Source of the DNA: Candidatus Binatia bacterium
GTDB taxonomy: Bacteria > Desulfobacterota > Binatia > UBA9968
Direction of reading: 5' to 3'
Assembly (NCBI GenBank): GCA_041483675.1
Contig: JBGPGE010000030.1
Coordinates: 1-32,000 of the forward strand
DNA: 32,000 bases
Both the position numbers and the translations under genes were made by a program. Numbering within the stretch: the first letter of the stretch is position 1; every line of letters begins with the position of its first letter. The notes under the pieces were generated by a model. It saw only the letters and a program-made list of their open reading frames with translations, was not told the origin of the DNA and made no database searches. Below, one piece after another: positions 1 through 7,943 of this stretch.

Positions 1-89
1 AGCATCACAGCGGCCTCATGCGGTGGGAAGCCGAGATCAAGGAACACATTGTTTGCGCCCTTCACTTGCCGTGCTTGTTTCTTCTTCAT
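1..89 (-). CDS. Partial (5' end only) XRE/HigA-like helix-turn-helix antitoxin, runs off the window edge
   Basis: Own reading of the minus strand from ATG at 89: MKKKQARQVKGANNVFLDLGFPPHEAAVM..., resembling the 'NVFxDLGFPxxEA' N-terminus of small XRE antitoxins. Not in the supplied ORF track. Confidence 0.55.
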   Translation of the reverse strand, partial: MKKKQARQVKGANNVFLDLGFPPHEAAVM

Positions 90-165
90 GACTGCTCTCC
101 GATTAACCTGTAACGCTGCACTGCCAGCTCAATGTCCGCCCGGGACCCGTCGCCGAATACCGGAA

Positions 166-369
166 TTAAAGCGGGCCGATCTTGGCGAGGTGGCGGACGC
201 GAGGAAGCGAGCGGGCGCGGTCGAAGAACGGCCGGTTGGCGGTGATAAACGGACAATCAAGCTCTACGGCGAGTGCTAGGAAAGAGGCATCGTAGAAGGT
301 AAGCCTCAGATCCCTTCCGAGCCGGGCGGCCCTTTTGCGCAACGGCATGGCCGGCGGGGCAAAGGACAA
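166..369 (-). pseudogene. 3' remnant of a PIN-domain (VapC-like) toxin
   Basis: 67 aa closely matching the C-terminal half of the PIN protein at 4264..4698 (KRAARLG..LRLTFYDASFLALAVELDCP.ITA.R.FFDRARSLPRVRHLAKIGPL); N-terminal half with first catalytic Asp is absent. Confidence 0.7.
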
Positions 370-469
370 CGTTTACAACAAGGAAGTCATCCCGTAGTGG
401 CAGAGCCGCTTCGGTGGAAAGAGTGTGCTGTGAAAAAAGGGTTATTGAGAGAGGCGTGGAGTCGTCATT

Positions 470-1417
470 TTATGCATCCGGAAAACTGCCGTTTGATGCC
501 GGTTCTCTTCGCGGCGCGACGAGAGAAGCTACGATAGAAAGAGTGAGTATGCCAAGGATCACGGCGAGCGACAAACCAATGGGAATCTTGTAAACAGAGC
601 TGAGTAGCATTTTGATGCCGACAAATCCGAGGATCACGCCGAGCCCGTATCTAAGATAAATAAACAGGTCAACTACCCCAGCCAAAAGAAAGTAGAGCGA
701 CCGAAGGCCCAAAATCGCAAATACGTTTGACGTATAGACGATGAAGGGGTCCTGGCTGACCGCGAAGATGGCCGGAACCGAGTCCACCGCAAAAATCAGG
801 TCCGTCGTCTCAATAACCGACAGGACGACAAAAAGTGGGGTGACGGCAAGTTTGCCGTTCTTCCTCACGAAAAAACGTTTACCATCGTATTCGGTCGCGA
901 CCGGCATGAAGCGGCGCAGCAGCTGGAGTAGAGGATTTTTCTCCGGTGTAACGGTAATTTCCTGTTTCGAGAGCATTTTGATTCCCGTGAAGACTAAAAA
1001 TGCGCCGAAAATGTAAATGATCCAGTGAAACTGCTGCAGGAGCAAAGCGCCGGTCCCAATGAAAATCCCGCGCATAACGAGCGCGCCGAGAATGCCCCAG
1101 AAGAGCACGCGGTGTTGGTACGCCGGCGCCACGGAAAAATACGAGAGGATGATGATGAAGACAAAAATGTTATCGACGCTTAAGGAATATTCGATCAAAT
1201 AGCCGGTCAAAAATTCGAGTCCCTTTTCCGGTCCGAGAAAAATATAGACTCCGGCATTAAATATCAGCCCGAGCGTGACCCAAACTGCGCACCAAGTCGC
1301 GGACTCTTTGGTCGTGGCCGCGTGAGCTTTTCGGTGAAACACGCCCAGATCGAGGGCCAACATGCCGAAGACAAAAATGTTAAACACAACCCAAAGCATT
1401 ATCCGGTCCGTTGCCAT
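470..1417 (-). CDS. TerC family integral membrane protein
   Basis: 315 aa, multi-TM; LDLGVFHRKAH, YSLSVDNIFVFIIIL, HRVLFWGILGALVMRG, ETTDLIFAVDSVPAIFAV, FVVYTSNVFAILGLRSLYF typical of TerC/Alx family. Confidence 0.93.
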   Translation of the reverse strand: MATDRIMLWVVFNIFVFGMLALDLGVFHRKAHAATTKESATWCAVWVTLGLIFNAGVYIFLGPEKGLEFLTGYLIEYSLSVDNIFVFIIILSYFSVAPAYQHRVLFWGILGALVMRGIFIGTGALLLQQFHWIIYIFGAFLVFTGIKMLSKQEITVTPEKNPLLQLLRRFMPVATEYDGKRFFVRKNGKLAVTPLFVVLSVIETTDLIFAVDSVPAIFAVSQDPFIVYTSNVFAILGLRSLYFLLAGVVDLFIYLRYGLGVILGFVGIKMLLSSVYKIPIGLSLAVILGILTLSIVASLVAPRREPASNGSFPDA

Positions 1418-1511
1418 AGCTTTTCCTTCCTGTAGTTTCCGTCATGGGTCTCGCAAACACTCATTTGCCGGTTCATAAGGCCGTGGTTGTCATGGTCGCG
1501 GCTCGGCGTTG

Positions 1512-2003
1512 TTACTCCCACTTGCCGGAGAGCGCGAGCATCATCATTGCGCCAGTTGTCGCTGCGACGACTGCGCCGATGACCCAATGGCGGCGTCTGT
1601 TCCGCAATAGTTCGTCGGTCAGTATTCCGCGCAGGGTCGTTTCGGCCTGGCTTTGGAACATGCCTTCCGTAATGGCCACCACCAGGTGTCTGGTGCCGCC
1701 TCCCACGACGTAGGCAACTTCATCTTTCCCGGGCAGCAAACATAGCTTGGGCATCCTAATCCGGTGCCGTAGCGTCAGTTCTTCCACAAGGCCGTAGAGC
1801 CACGGTGCCTCCGATGGGTGAATTTCCCTCGCGCCACGCAGATGTAAAATCACATCGGCAGTTGCCCGCCGGCTCATCCCGTGCAACACCAAGACAAGAA
1901 GGACGGCGATAAGGGCACCGGCTTGATCCTGTAGCCCGATAGTGGCCTTAACGAGGTACAACGCGAAAACCGCGACTAAAAACGCAATCGTCAGGATGTT
2001 CAT
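1512..2003 (-). CDS. Truncated HtpX/M48-like membrane protein lacking the HExxH zinc motif
   Basis: Start at ATG 2003 preceded by an AGGGAG-like RBS; two N-terminal TM stretches, then ..LVEELTLRHRIRMPKLCLLPGKDEVAYVVGGGTRHLVVAITEGM..GILTDELLRNRRRH resembling M48 but HExxH replaced by DELLR. Confidence 0.6.
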   Translation of the reverse strand: MNILTIAFLVAVFALYLVKATIGLQDQAGALIAVLLVLVLHGMSRRATADVILHLRGAREIHPSEAPWLYGLVEELTLRHRIRMPKLCLLPGKDEVAYVVGGGTRHLVVAITEGMFQSQAETTLRGILTDELLRNRRRHWVIGAVVAATTGAMMMLALSGKWE

Positions 2004-2198
2004 GCGAACTCCCTTCCGGCTCCGAATCAGCGCCCACGGTTCTATCGGTCCAATTTCCGGGTCGGCGCTGGGAGACGCGATAACGAGTCCCGGTCGCGGC
2101 CGTACAGCTGCAGCAGAGGGCAAACTCTGACTAAAGCGATTCGGACGCGTCGAAACTAACGCGGGTCCAAACAATTGGAGGGAAAAGGAGGAGGGCTG

Positions 2199-2519
2199 CT
2201 AAATGCGAAAGACCATCTGAAAGCTATGGAGATCCTGCTGTGAGAAGCCGAAGGGGTTTTTGATCCTTCCGAGAGCAAGAAAATATTCTCGACGGGGCGA
2301 GGCCCCGATCGACATCCTGGCCGACGATCTATCCCTTTGTGGACGATTTCGGACGACTGCTGACCGCGGTGGCGTGACGTAAGGATCGAGATCGTCCGCG
2401 TCGAAGGTGTCTTGCTCGCTGATATCGTTGGGGTTGGCAGCGACGTCGACGGCGTCTCCCAGCATTGCGCTGGCAAGCGGCAGGAAAAGCAGAAAGATAA
2501 GATTAACTCTGGCTCTCAC
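2199..2519 (-). CDS. Small hypothetical secreted protein (GTG start)
   Basis: 106 aa with hydrophobic N-terminus MRARVNLIFLLFLPLASAM; no recognised family. Confidence 0.4.
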   Translation of the reverse strand: MRARVNLIFLLFLPLASAMLGDAVDVAANPNDISEQDTFDADDLDPYVTPPRSAVVRNRPQRDRSSARMSIGASPRREYFLALGRIKNPFGFSQQDLHSFQMVFRI

Positions 2520-2742
2520 TGTAAGATCTTTCTACCAAACGCGTGTGATAGGGTCAACACTCGCTGGAAGGAATGGAAGAGTAAAGGAACAACAGACGGC
2601 ATTCTCGCAGTTCTTCTGTTCGTTGCTAGTGCTCCACTGTTCTATTGCTCGAATGCTCTAAAAATAAGAAAGCCCGGACACGGGATCAGTAGAACAGTAG
2701 ATCAGTGGACCGCATTGTCGCATTTTCCATTGTTCCAATGTC

Positions 2743-2834
2743 GAATGCTCCAATGCTCTAAATTTTTTGCGGCGCAAAAAATTTGGTGGTCCCAACGGGA
2801 ATCGAACCCGTGTTACCGACGTGAGAGGCCGGTC
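2743..2834. repeat. Direct repeat copy 1 (about 92 nt), containing hairpin 2761..2785 and the 3' half of tRNA-Glu
   Basis: Matches 4985..5075 except for a one-A indel; identity stops abruptly at ...gaggccggt. Confidence 0.93.
2785..2834 (-). pseudogene. Truncated tRNA-Glu(CTC), 3' half only
   Basis: Same sequence as the 3' 50 nt of the intact tRNA-Glu at 5026..5100, including CCA; the 5' acceptor strand and D arm are absent, replaced by ctgtcacttgttgg. Confidence 0.85.
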
Positions 2835-2944
2835 TGTCACTTGTTGGATAACGGATGGCGGCTAAGCTGCGGCCGCGCGTGATGCTACCATGCCTTGTGT
2901 CGAGCTGAGGCCGCCCGATTGGCTGAAGCCCGCGGCCGGCGGCT

Positions 2945-4021
2945 TCAGCGGCTTGTTGGGCGGCTCATGCGACGACGCTCCGCAAGTACGGATGCTGCCA
3001 CGCCGCCTGCCAGGACCGAGAGTATCAAAGCCAGCAAGTACAAGTTGAAGTGCTTCCCGAGGGCGAGCTTCAGCCATTCGGCAAGCAGCATCTTCACGCC
3101 CACTATCATAAGGACCAGTGCGAGCGAGACCTTCAGGTATCGGAACTTCTTCACCAGGCCGGCCAATGCGAAGTAGAGTGATCGCAGACCGAGAATCGCG
3201 AACACGTTGCTGGTGAACACCAAGAACGGGTCGCTCGTGATGGCGAAGATGGCCGGGATCGAGTCGACAGCAAAGATCAGATCGGTCGTCTCGACCATGA
3301 CGAGCGCCAGCGCCAGAGGCGTGAGGAGCAAGGTACCCGGCTGCGCCTTGTTCACGACCTCATCTGGGACCGTGGGTGCACCCGGGACCTCGCTCTCGTA
3401 CGACGCGGGTGCACCGGCGCGAACGACAAAGTGCTCGCCGTGGAACCTGGCGGTCACCGGGAACAAGCGGCGCGTCAACCGAACGACGATGTTCTTGTTC
3501 GGATCGGTGTGATCCGTCTTGAGAAAGAGCATCTTGATAGCCGTCAGGATCAGGAACACGGCGAAGAGGTACAGAATCCAGTGGAACTCTGCGATCAGCT
3601 TCGCTCCGATACCGATCATCGCACCGCGCAGGAGCAGAGCGCCGAGGATGCCCCAGAACAGCACGCGGTGCTGGTAGAGTGGCGGCACCGCGAAAAAGCC
3701 GAAGATCATCGCGATCACGAAGATGTTGTCCATGCTGAGGGACTTCTCGACGACGTAGCCTGTCAGGTACTTCTCCGTTGCCGTTGCGCCGCCGTTCGTC
3801 AGCCCATCGACCGCGTCCACCGTGGTGCCAAGGCCGAACCACTGGCCGTCGTAGGCGAAGTACACGAATACGGAGAATGACAACCCCATGCCTAGCCACA
3901 CGGCCGACCAAGCGAGCGTCTCCTTAACGCTGACCACATGGGCTTTGCGGTGAAAGACCCCCAGGTCCAATGCCAGCATCAGTAGGACAAACGCTATGAA
4001 TGCTATCCAGACCCACATCAC
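2945..4021 (-). CDS. TerC family integral membrane protein (second paralog)
   Basis: 358 aa; LALDLGVFHRKAHVVSVKETLAWSAVWLGMG, KSLSMDNIFVIAMIFGFF, METTDLIFAVDSIPAIFAITSDPFLVFTSNVFAILGLRSLYFAL. Confidence 0.93.
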   Translation of the reverse strand: MMWVWIAFIAFVLLMLALDLGVFHRKAHVVSVKETLAWSAVWLGMGLSFSVFVYFAYDGQWFGLGTTVDAVDGLTNGGATATEKYLTGYVVEKSLSMDNIFVIAMIFGFFAVPPLYQHRVLFWGILGALLLRGAMIGIGAKLIAEFHWILYLFAVFLILTAIKMLFLKTDHTDPNKNIVVRLTRRLFPVTARFHGEHFVVRAGAPASYESEVPGAPTVPDEVVNKAQPGTLLLTPLALALVMVETTDLIFAVDSIPAIFAITSDPFLVFTSNVFAILGLRSLYFALAGLVKKFRYLKVSLALVLMIVGVKMLLAEWLKLALGKHFNLYLLALILSVLAGGVAASVLAERRRMSRPTSR

Positions 4022-4263
4022 TCGGCGTGTGCCTCCGTCATGGACTTGAGCCGCCTAACTAATAATAGGTGGGCAGGTCAATCTATCTCCATCGACGATT
4101 TCATAATTGCCAAAAATTGTACATTTATTTTCGGCGCCTGCCAACGAAAAACTTGACCCGACGAACACTGCATGATTGTCAGCCTTTGCCAGCTATGCTC
4201 GACCCAAATCGATCCCAAGTTGGCCCGGGCGGGCTGACGAAGCTAGACGTGCTGAGGCCGGAA

Positions 4264-4698
4264 TTAAAGCGGGCCGATCTTGGCGAGGTGGCGAACGCGA
4301 GGAAGCGAGCGAGCACGGTCAAAGAAGGACCGGTCGGCGGTGATAAGCGGGCAGTCAAGCTCTACGGCGAGCGCCAGGAAGGAGGCATCGTAGAAAGTGA
4401 GCCTGAACTCCTTTCCGAGCCGGGCGGCTCTTTTGAGCAACGGCGTGGCCGGCGGAGCGATGGTAAACGGCAAGGCCTCGACATCGGAAAGCGCAGCGTT
4501 CAAGCCGGCGGCGTCAAGGTCGGTCTTTAAGAGCAAGATGTTGCCGACCTCGTACAACAGCAAGGCGGGCACATGGACTTCCAGAGGACGGCGTTCTATG
4601 TCGGTGAGCAGGCGGCGGGCTTCGCTAACGAGTTCTTCGTTTCTGGTCTTGATCCACTTGATCAACACCGAAGTGTCAACGACGATTTTCTGCGCCAT
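4264..4698 (-). CDS. vapC: PIN-domain toxin, VapC-like
   Basis: From ATG 4698: MAQKIVVDTSVLIKWIKTRNEELVSEARRLL...LTFYDASFLALAVELDCPLITADRSFFD; PIN acidic motifs present; overlaps upstream antitoxin ORF. Confidence 0.85.
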   Translation of the reverse strand: MAQKIVVDTSVLIKWIKTRNEELVSEARRLLTDIERRPLEVHVPALLLYEVGNILLLKTDLDAAGLNAALSDVEALPFTIAPPATPLLKRAARLGKEFRLTFYDASFLALAVELDCPLITADRSFFDRARSLPRVRHLAKIGPL

Positions 4699-4939
4699 GT
4701 CGGGTATCCCGGTAGTACCGGATGATGTCGGCCGAGTCCCACTGGCCGACCCAATGCCGCTCAAGCTCGCGCAGCGGGGCAAGCGCACGCTTCCAGGATT
4801 GCAGCCGCGAATTCTTGCCGTTGACGACGGTTCGGAGGGCCGCGCGAATCAACTCGCTGCGGGAGCGGCCCTGGGCATGGGCGGTGCGATCCACCTTTTT
4901 GAGGAATTCATCGGGAAGAGAAATCATCACTTTGGCCAT
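4676..4939 (-). CDS. vapB: Ribbon-helix-helix antitoxin (CopG/VapB-like)
   Basis: 87 aa MAKVMISLPDEFLKKVDRTAHAQGRSRSELIRAALR typical RHH; overlaps the PIN start by 23 nt. Confidence 0.83.
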   Translation of the reverse strand: MAKVMISLPDEFLKKVDRTAHAQGRSRSELIRAALRTVVNGKNSRLQSWKRALAPLRELERHWVGQWDSADIIRYYRDTRHGAENRR

Positions 4940-4984
4940 TGCAGGTCGACCTCCGAAAAGAGCGCAGCAGCAGAAATCTCGAAA

Positions 4985-5075
4985 GAATGCTCCAATGCTC
5001 TAAATTTTTTGCGGCGCAAAAAATTTGGTGGTCCCAACGGGAATCGAACCCGTGTTACCGACGTGAGAGGCCGGT
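4985..5075. repeat. Direct repeat copy 2 (about 91 nt), containing hairpin 5002..5026 and the 3' half of intact tRNA-Glu
   Basis: Matches 2743..2834 with a one-nt indel. Confidence 0.93.
5002..5026. terminator. Inverted repeat aaattttttgc-ggc-gcaaaaaattt immediately 3' of tRNA-Glu, possible terminator
   Basis: Perfect 11-bp arms; same element at 2761..2785. Confidence 0.5.
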
Positions 5076-5100
5076 GTCCTAACCGCTAGACGATGGGACC
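5026..5100 (-). tRNA. tRNA-Glu (anticodon CTC), CCA encoded
   Basis: GGTCCCA TC GTCTAGCGGTTAGGAC A CCGGC CTCTCAC GTCGG TAACA CGGGTTCGATTCCCG TTGGGACC A CCA; 7-bp acceptor GGTCCCA/TGGGACC, TTCGATT loop. Confidence 0.93.
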
Positions 5101-5102
5101 TA

Positions 5103-5178
5103 TGGCTGAGGAGGTAGGACTCGAACCTACAATCGCCTGATCCAGAGTCAGGTGGCTTACCAGTTAGCCGACTCCTCA
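5103..5178 (-). tRNA. tRNA-Gln (anticodon CTG), CCA encoded
   Basis: TGAGGAG TC GGCTAACTGGTAAGCC A CCTGA CTCTGGA TCAGG CGATT GTAGG TTCGAGT CCTAC CTCCTCA G CCA; 7-bp acceptor TGAGGAG/CTCCTCA. Confidence 0.93.
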
Positions 5179-5221
5179 ATCGCAGTTAATTAAATTAAAA
5201 GAATCAGGAGGGAGAGTCAAG

Positions 5222-5254
5222 CCGCTTACGGCCCGCTTACGGCCCGCTTACGGT
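5222..5254. repeat. Short tandem repeat, 3 x 11 bp (ccgcttacggc/t)
   Basis: Three head-to-tail units read directly, between the tRNAs and ilvC. Confidence 0.85.
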
Positions 5255-5323
5255 CCGGCCTGTTTTGGTTGACATAACCGCCCTTCGACGGCTATTCTTA
5301 AGGTCCACGTTTGGAGGAGTACG

Positions 5324-6340
5324 ATGCAAGTTTATTATGACCGGGATGCGGACCTGAAATATCTCAAAGGCAAGAAGGTGGCGGTGTTGGGCTACGGTAG
5401 CCAGGGCCATGCGCACGCTAACAATCTGAAGGACTCGGGGGTTGAGGTCGCCGTCGGGCTGAAAAAGGGGAGCGCCTCGTGGCCCAAGGCCGAGAAGATG
5501 GGCCTCAAGGTCATGGAGACCGCCGAGGCGGCGAAGTGGGGCGATATCGTAATGATTTTGCTGCCGGACGAGCTCCAAGGCGAGGCTTACGAAAAGGAGA
5601 TTCGTCCGGGGCTGAAAGACGGCAATTACCTCGCCTTCGGCCACGGATTTAACATCCACTTCAAGAAGGTCGTGCCGGACAAAGGGGTCAACGTCTTTAT
5701 GGTCGCGCCCAAGGGGCCGGGCCATCTCGTGCGGAGCGAGTTTGAAAAGGGGCGCGGCGTGCCGTGTCTGCTGGCTGTCCAGCAGGATCCTTCGCGCGAC
5801 ACTAAACAGGTCGGCCTCGCCTATGCGAGCGCGCTGGGTGGCGCGCGCGCCGCGGTGATCGAAACAACTTTTAAGGACGAGACGGAGACCGATCTGTTCG
5901 GCGAGCAGTCGGTGCTCTGCGGCGGCCTTACGTCGCTGATCCAGGCCGGGTACGAAACGCTCGTCGACGCGGGTTATCCCCCGGAGATGGCCTACTTCGA
6001 GTGCGTCCACGAAGTGAAGCTGATCGTCGATCTCATTTATGAAGGCGGTTTGACCAACATGCGCTATTCGATCAGCAACACGGCCGAGTATGGCGATCTC
6101 ACGAGGGGCAAACGAGTGATCGGTCCCGAAGTGCGCCAAGCGATGAAAAAAATCTTGGCCGACATTCAATCCGGAAAATTCGCCGAGGAGTGGATCACGG
6201 AATGCCGCGCCGGCATGCCGCATTTCCGGGAGCTGAGAAAAGAGGCGGCGAATCATCCGCTGGAAAAAGTCGGCGAGCAGTTGCGGTCGATGATGCCGTG
6301 GTTGGGGCAGAACCGGCTGGTGGACAAGAGTAGAAATTAG
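5324..6340 (+). CDS. ilvC: Ketol-acid reductoisomerase
   Basis: 338 aa; [68 protein letters not shown]-like segment. Confidence 0.97.
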   Translation: MQVYYDRDADLKYLKGKKVAVLGYGSQGHAHANNLKDSGVEVAVGLKKGSASWPKAEKMGLKVMETAEAAKWGDIVMILLPDELQGEAYEKEIRPGLKDGNYLAFGHGFNIHFKKVVPDKGVNVFMVAPKGPGHLVRSEFEKGRGVPCLLAVQQDPSRDTKQVGLAYASALGGARAAVIETTFKDETETDLFGEQSVLCGGLTSLIQAGYETLVDAGYPPEMAYFECVHEVKLIVDLIYEGGLTNMRYSISNTAEYGDLTRGKRVIGPEVRQAMKKILADIQSGKFAEEWITECRAGMPHFRELRKEAANHPLEKVGEQLRSMMPWLGQNRLVDKSRN

Positions 6341-6347
6341 GGCGACA

Positions 6348-6375
6348 GTAAGGGCGACCGGCCGGTCGCGCCTAC
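6348..6375. repeat. Near-palindromic intergenic hairpin between ilvC and psd
   Basis: gtaagggcgaccgg / ccggtcgcgcctac, 12 of 14 complementary positions. Confidence 0.6.
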
Positions 6376-6399
6376 ACCGACGCCGCCGGCCTATCTAAA

Positions 6400-7017
6400 A
6401 TGAAGATCGCGAAAGAGGGTTATCCATTTATTCTGCCCGTGGCCGGGTTGGCGCTGCTGGCGTTTCTCGTCGGCTGGGCGTGGATCGGGTGGTGTTTTGC
6501 GCTGATCGCGTTTGCGTTTCTGGGCTTTTTCCGCGATCCTGAACGTATTGTGCCGCAGGGCGAAGGGCTGGTCGTATCGCCGGCGGACGGGAGGGTGATG
6601 GCGACTCGGGATTTGAGAGGCGAAGGGTTGCGAACCAGGGTCAGTATCTTTTTGTCGCCTCTCGATGTCCATATCAACCGCTCGCCGGTCGAAGGAAAGG
6701 TCGAGGAGGTTCGCTATCAGGCGGGCAAATTCTTCGCCGCCTATAAGGAAGCGGCCTCCGAGGCCAACGAGCGCAACGCCGTCACGGTGGTTGACAAGCA
6801 GGGCAGGAGATTCGGAGCGGTGCAGATCGCCGGCGTTGTGGCGCGGCGCATCGTCTGCAAAACTAAGGAAGGGGATTGGCTGGAGCGCGGCCAGAGATTC
6901 GGATTGATCAGGTTTGGCTCCAGGGTTGATTTGTATTTGCCCGACGGAACGCGAGTGGAAGTGGCGGAAGGGCAGCACGTGACGGGCGGCGAGACGATAA
7001 TCGCGAGGATGACATGA
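6400..7017 (+). CDS. psd: Phosphatidylserine decarboxylase family protein (short, archaeal/Sinorhizobium-like type)
   Basis: 205 aa; FFRDPERIVPQGEGLVVSPADGRV, FLSPLDVHINRSPVEG, GAVQIAGVVARRIVC, GLIRFGSRVDLYLP. Confidence 0.93.
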   Translation: MKIAKEGYPFILPVAGLALLAFLVGWAWIGWCFALIAFAFLGFFRDPERIVPQGEGLVVSPADGRVMATRDLRGEGLRTRVSIFLSPLDVHINRSPVEGKVEEVRYQAGKFFAAYKEAASEANERNAVTVVDKQGRRFGAVQIAGVVARRIVCKTKEGDWLERGQRFGLIRFGSRVDLYLPDGTRVEVAEGQHVTGGETIIARMT

Positions 7018-7868
7018 GCGGACTCAATGAACCGCAAGACGACGGACCGGCGAGGCCGAAGGTCCGGCTGCTGCCGAGGAGAACCGCGCCGCGCGTTCCG
7101 CTCCGGCAGAGAGTGCGCTCGGCCCAGCTCCAGCGGGGCGTCTATCTCATTCCCAGCCTGTTTACGACTGGGAACCTGATCTGCGGCTTTTTCTCCATCA
7201 TCTCGACTTTTAACGGCGCGTACATGCGCGCGGCGGTGTTTATCATCCTGGCTCATCTGATGGACTGCCTGGACGGCTATGTGGCGCGGCTGACCAAGAC
7301 CACGAGCCAGTTCGGCATCGAACTCGATTCTCTGGCGGATCTGGTTTCCTTCGGCGTCGCGCCGGCGATCCTGGCCTATTACTGGGCGCTCGTCCCCTGG
7401 AGCACCTGGGGCTGGATGGCCGCCTGTCTTTTCGTCGTCTGCGGCGCTCTTCGATTGGCCCGCTTCAACGTCCAGGCCCGGACCGTGGAGAAAACTCATT
7501 TCGTCGGCCTTCCCATTCCAGCGGCGGCGGAGATGATCGCGGCGACCGTGGTGATGTATTATTATCTGCACGGCGAGGCGGCGGGCAACAAGCCGCTGAT
7601 TTTGCTGCTGGTCATCTACCTCCTGGCGGGCTTGATGGTGAGCAACATTCAATATTCGAGTTTCAAGCATCTCTCGCTCAAGAAAAGGCATCCGATCTGG
7701 ATCTTGATCTCCGCGATCCTGTCGATCAAGGTGACGATCCTCTATCCGGAGGTCGTGTTTTTTACGGTGTTTGTCCTGTATACTTTATCGGGTCCTCTCT
7801 TATGGTTCCTGAGCGCCTATAAACGGCGGCGGGCGAAGAGAGGGGAACTCGCAGACGCTCTGCCCTAG
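7014..7868 (+). CDS. pssA: CDP-diacylglycerol--serine O-phosphatidyltransferase
   Basis: 284 aa multi-TM; LMDCLDGYVARLTKTTSQFGIELDSLADLVSFGVAP is the CDP-alcohol phosphotransferase motif; start overlaps psd stop. Confidence 0.95.
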   Translation: MSGLNEPQDDGPARPKVRLLPRRTAPRVPLRQRVRSAQLQRGVYLIPSLFTTGNLICGFFSIISTFNGAYMRAAVFIILAHLMDCLDGYVARLTKTTSQFGIELDSLADLVSFGVAPAILAYYWALVPWSTWGWMAACLFVVCGALRLARFNVQARTVEKTHFVGLPIPAAAEMIAATVVMYYYLHGEAAGNKPLILLLVIYLLAGLMVSNIQYSSFKHLSLKKRHPIWILISAILSIKVTILYPEVVFFTVFVLYTLSGPLLWFLSAYKRRRAKRGELADALP

Positions 7869-7894
7869 TTCCCGTCTCTCCATGTCGGTCTCAC

Positions 7895-7929
7895 ACTCCC
7901 GCGGGCCAGAGTCGCGGGAGTTTTTTTTT
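7895..7929 (+). terminator. Intrinsic terminator between pssA and leuA
   Basis: Perfect 9-bp stem ACTCCCGCG / CGCGGGAGT, 9-nt loop, followed by an uninterrupted T run. Confidence 0.85.
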
Positions 7930-7943
7930 ATGGAGGATGAACG

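Noticed and set aside
470-4446. Simple tandem duplication of a TerC+VapC block explaining 0.2-1.4 kb and 2.9-4.4 kb
   Set aside because: The two TerC proteins are clearly divergent and of different length, whereas the VapC halves are much closer, so a single duplication event does not fit.
4397-5089. 230-aa plus-strand ORF across VapBC and into tRNA-Glu
   Set aside because: Overlaps a tRNA and a convincing RHH/PIN pair; C-terminal part is a translation of the tRNA itself.
5237-6256. 339-aa minus-strand ORF opposite ilvC
   Set aside because: Shadow ORF of a conserved gene; no recognisable motif.
6741-7691. 316-aa minus-strand ORF opposite psd/pssA
   Set aside because: Shadow ORF; composition artefact.
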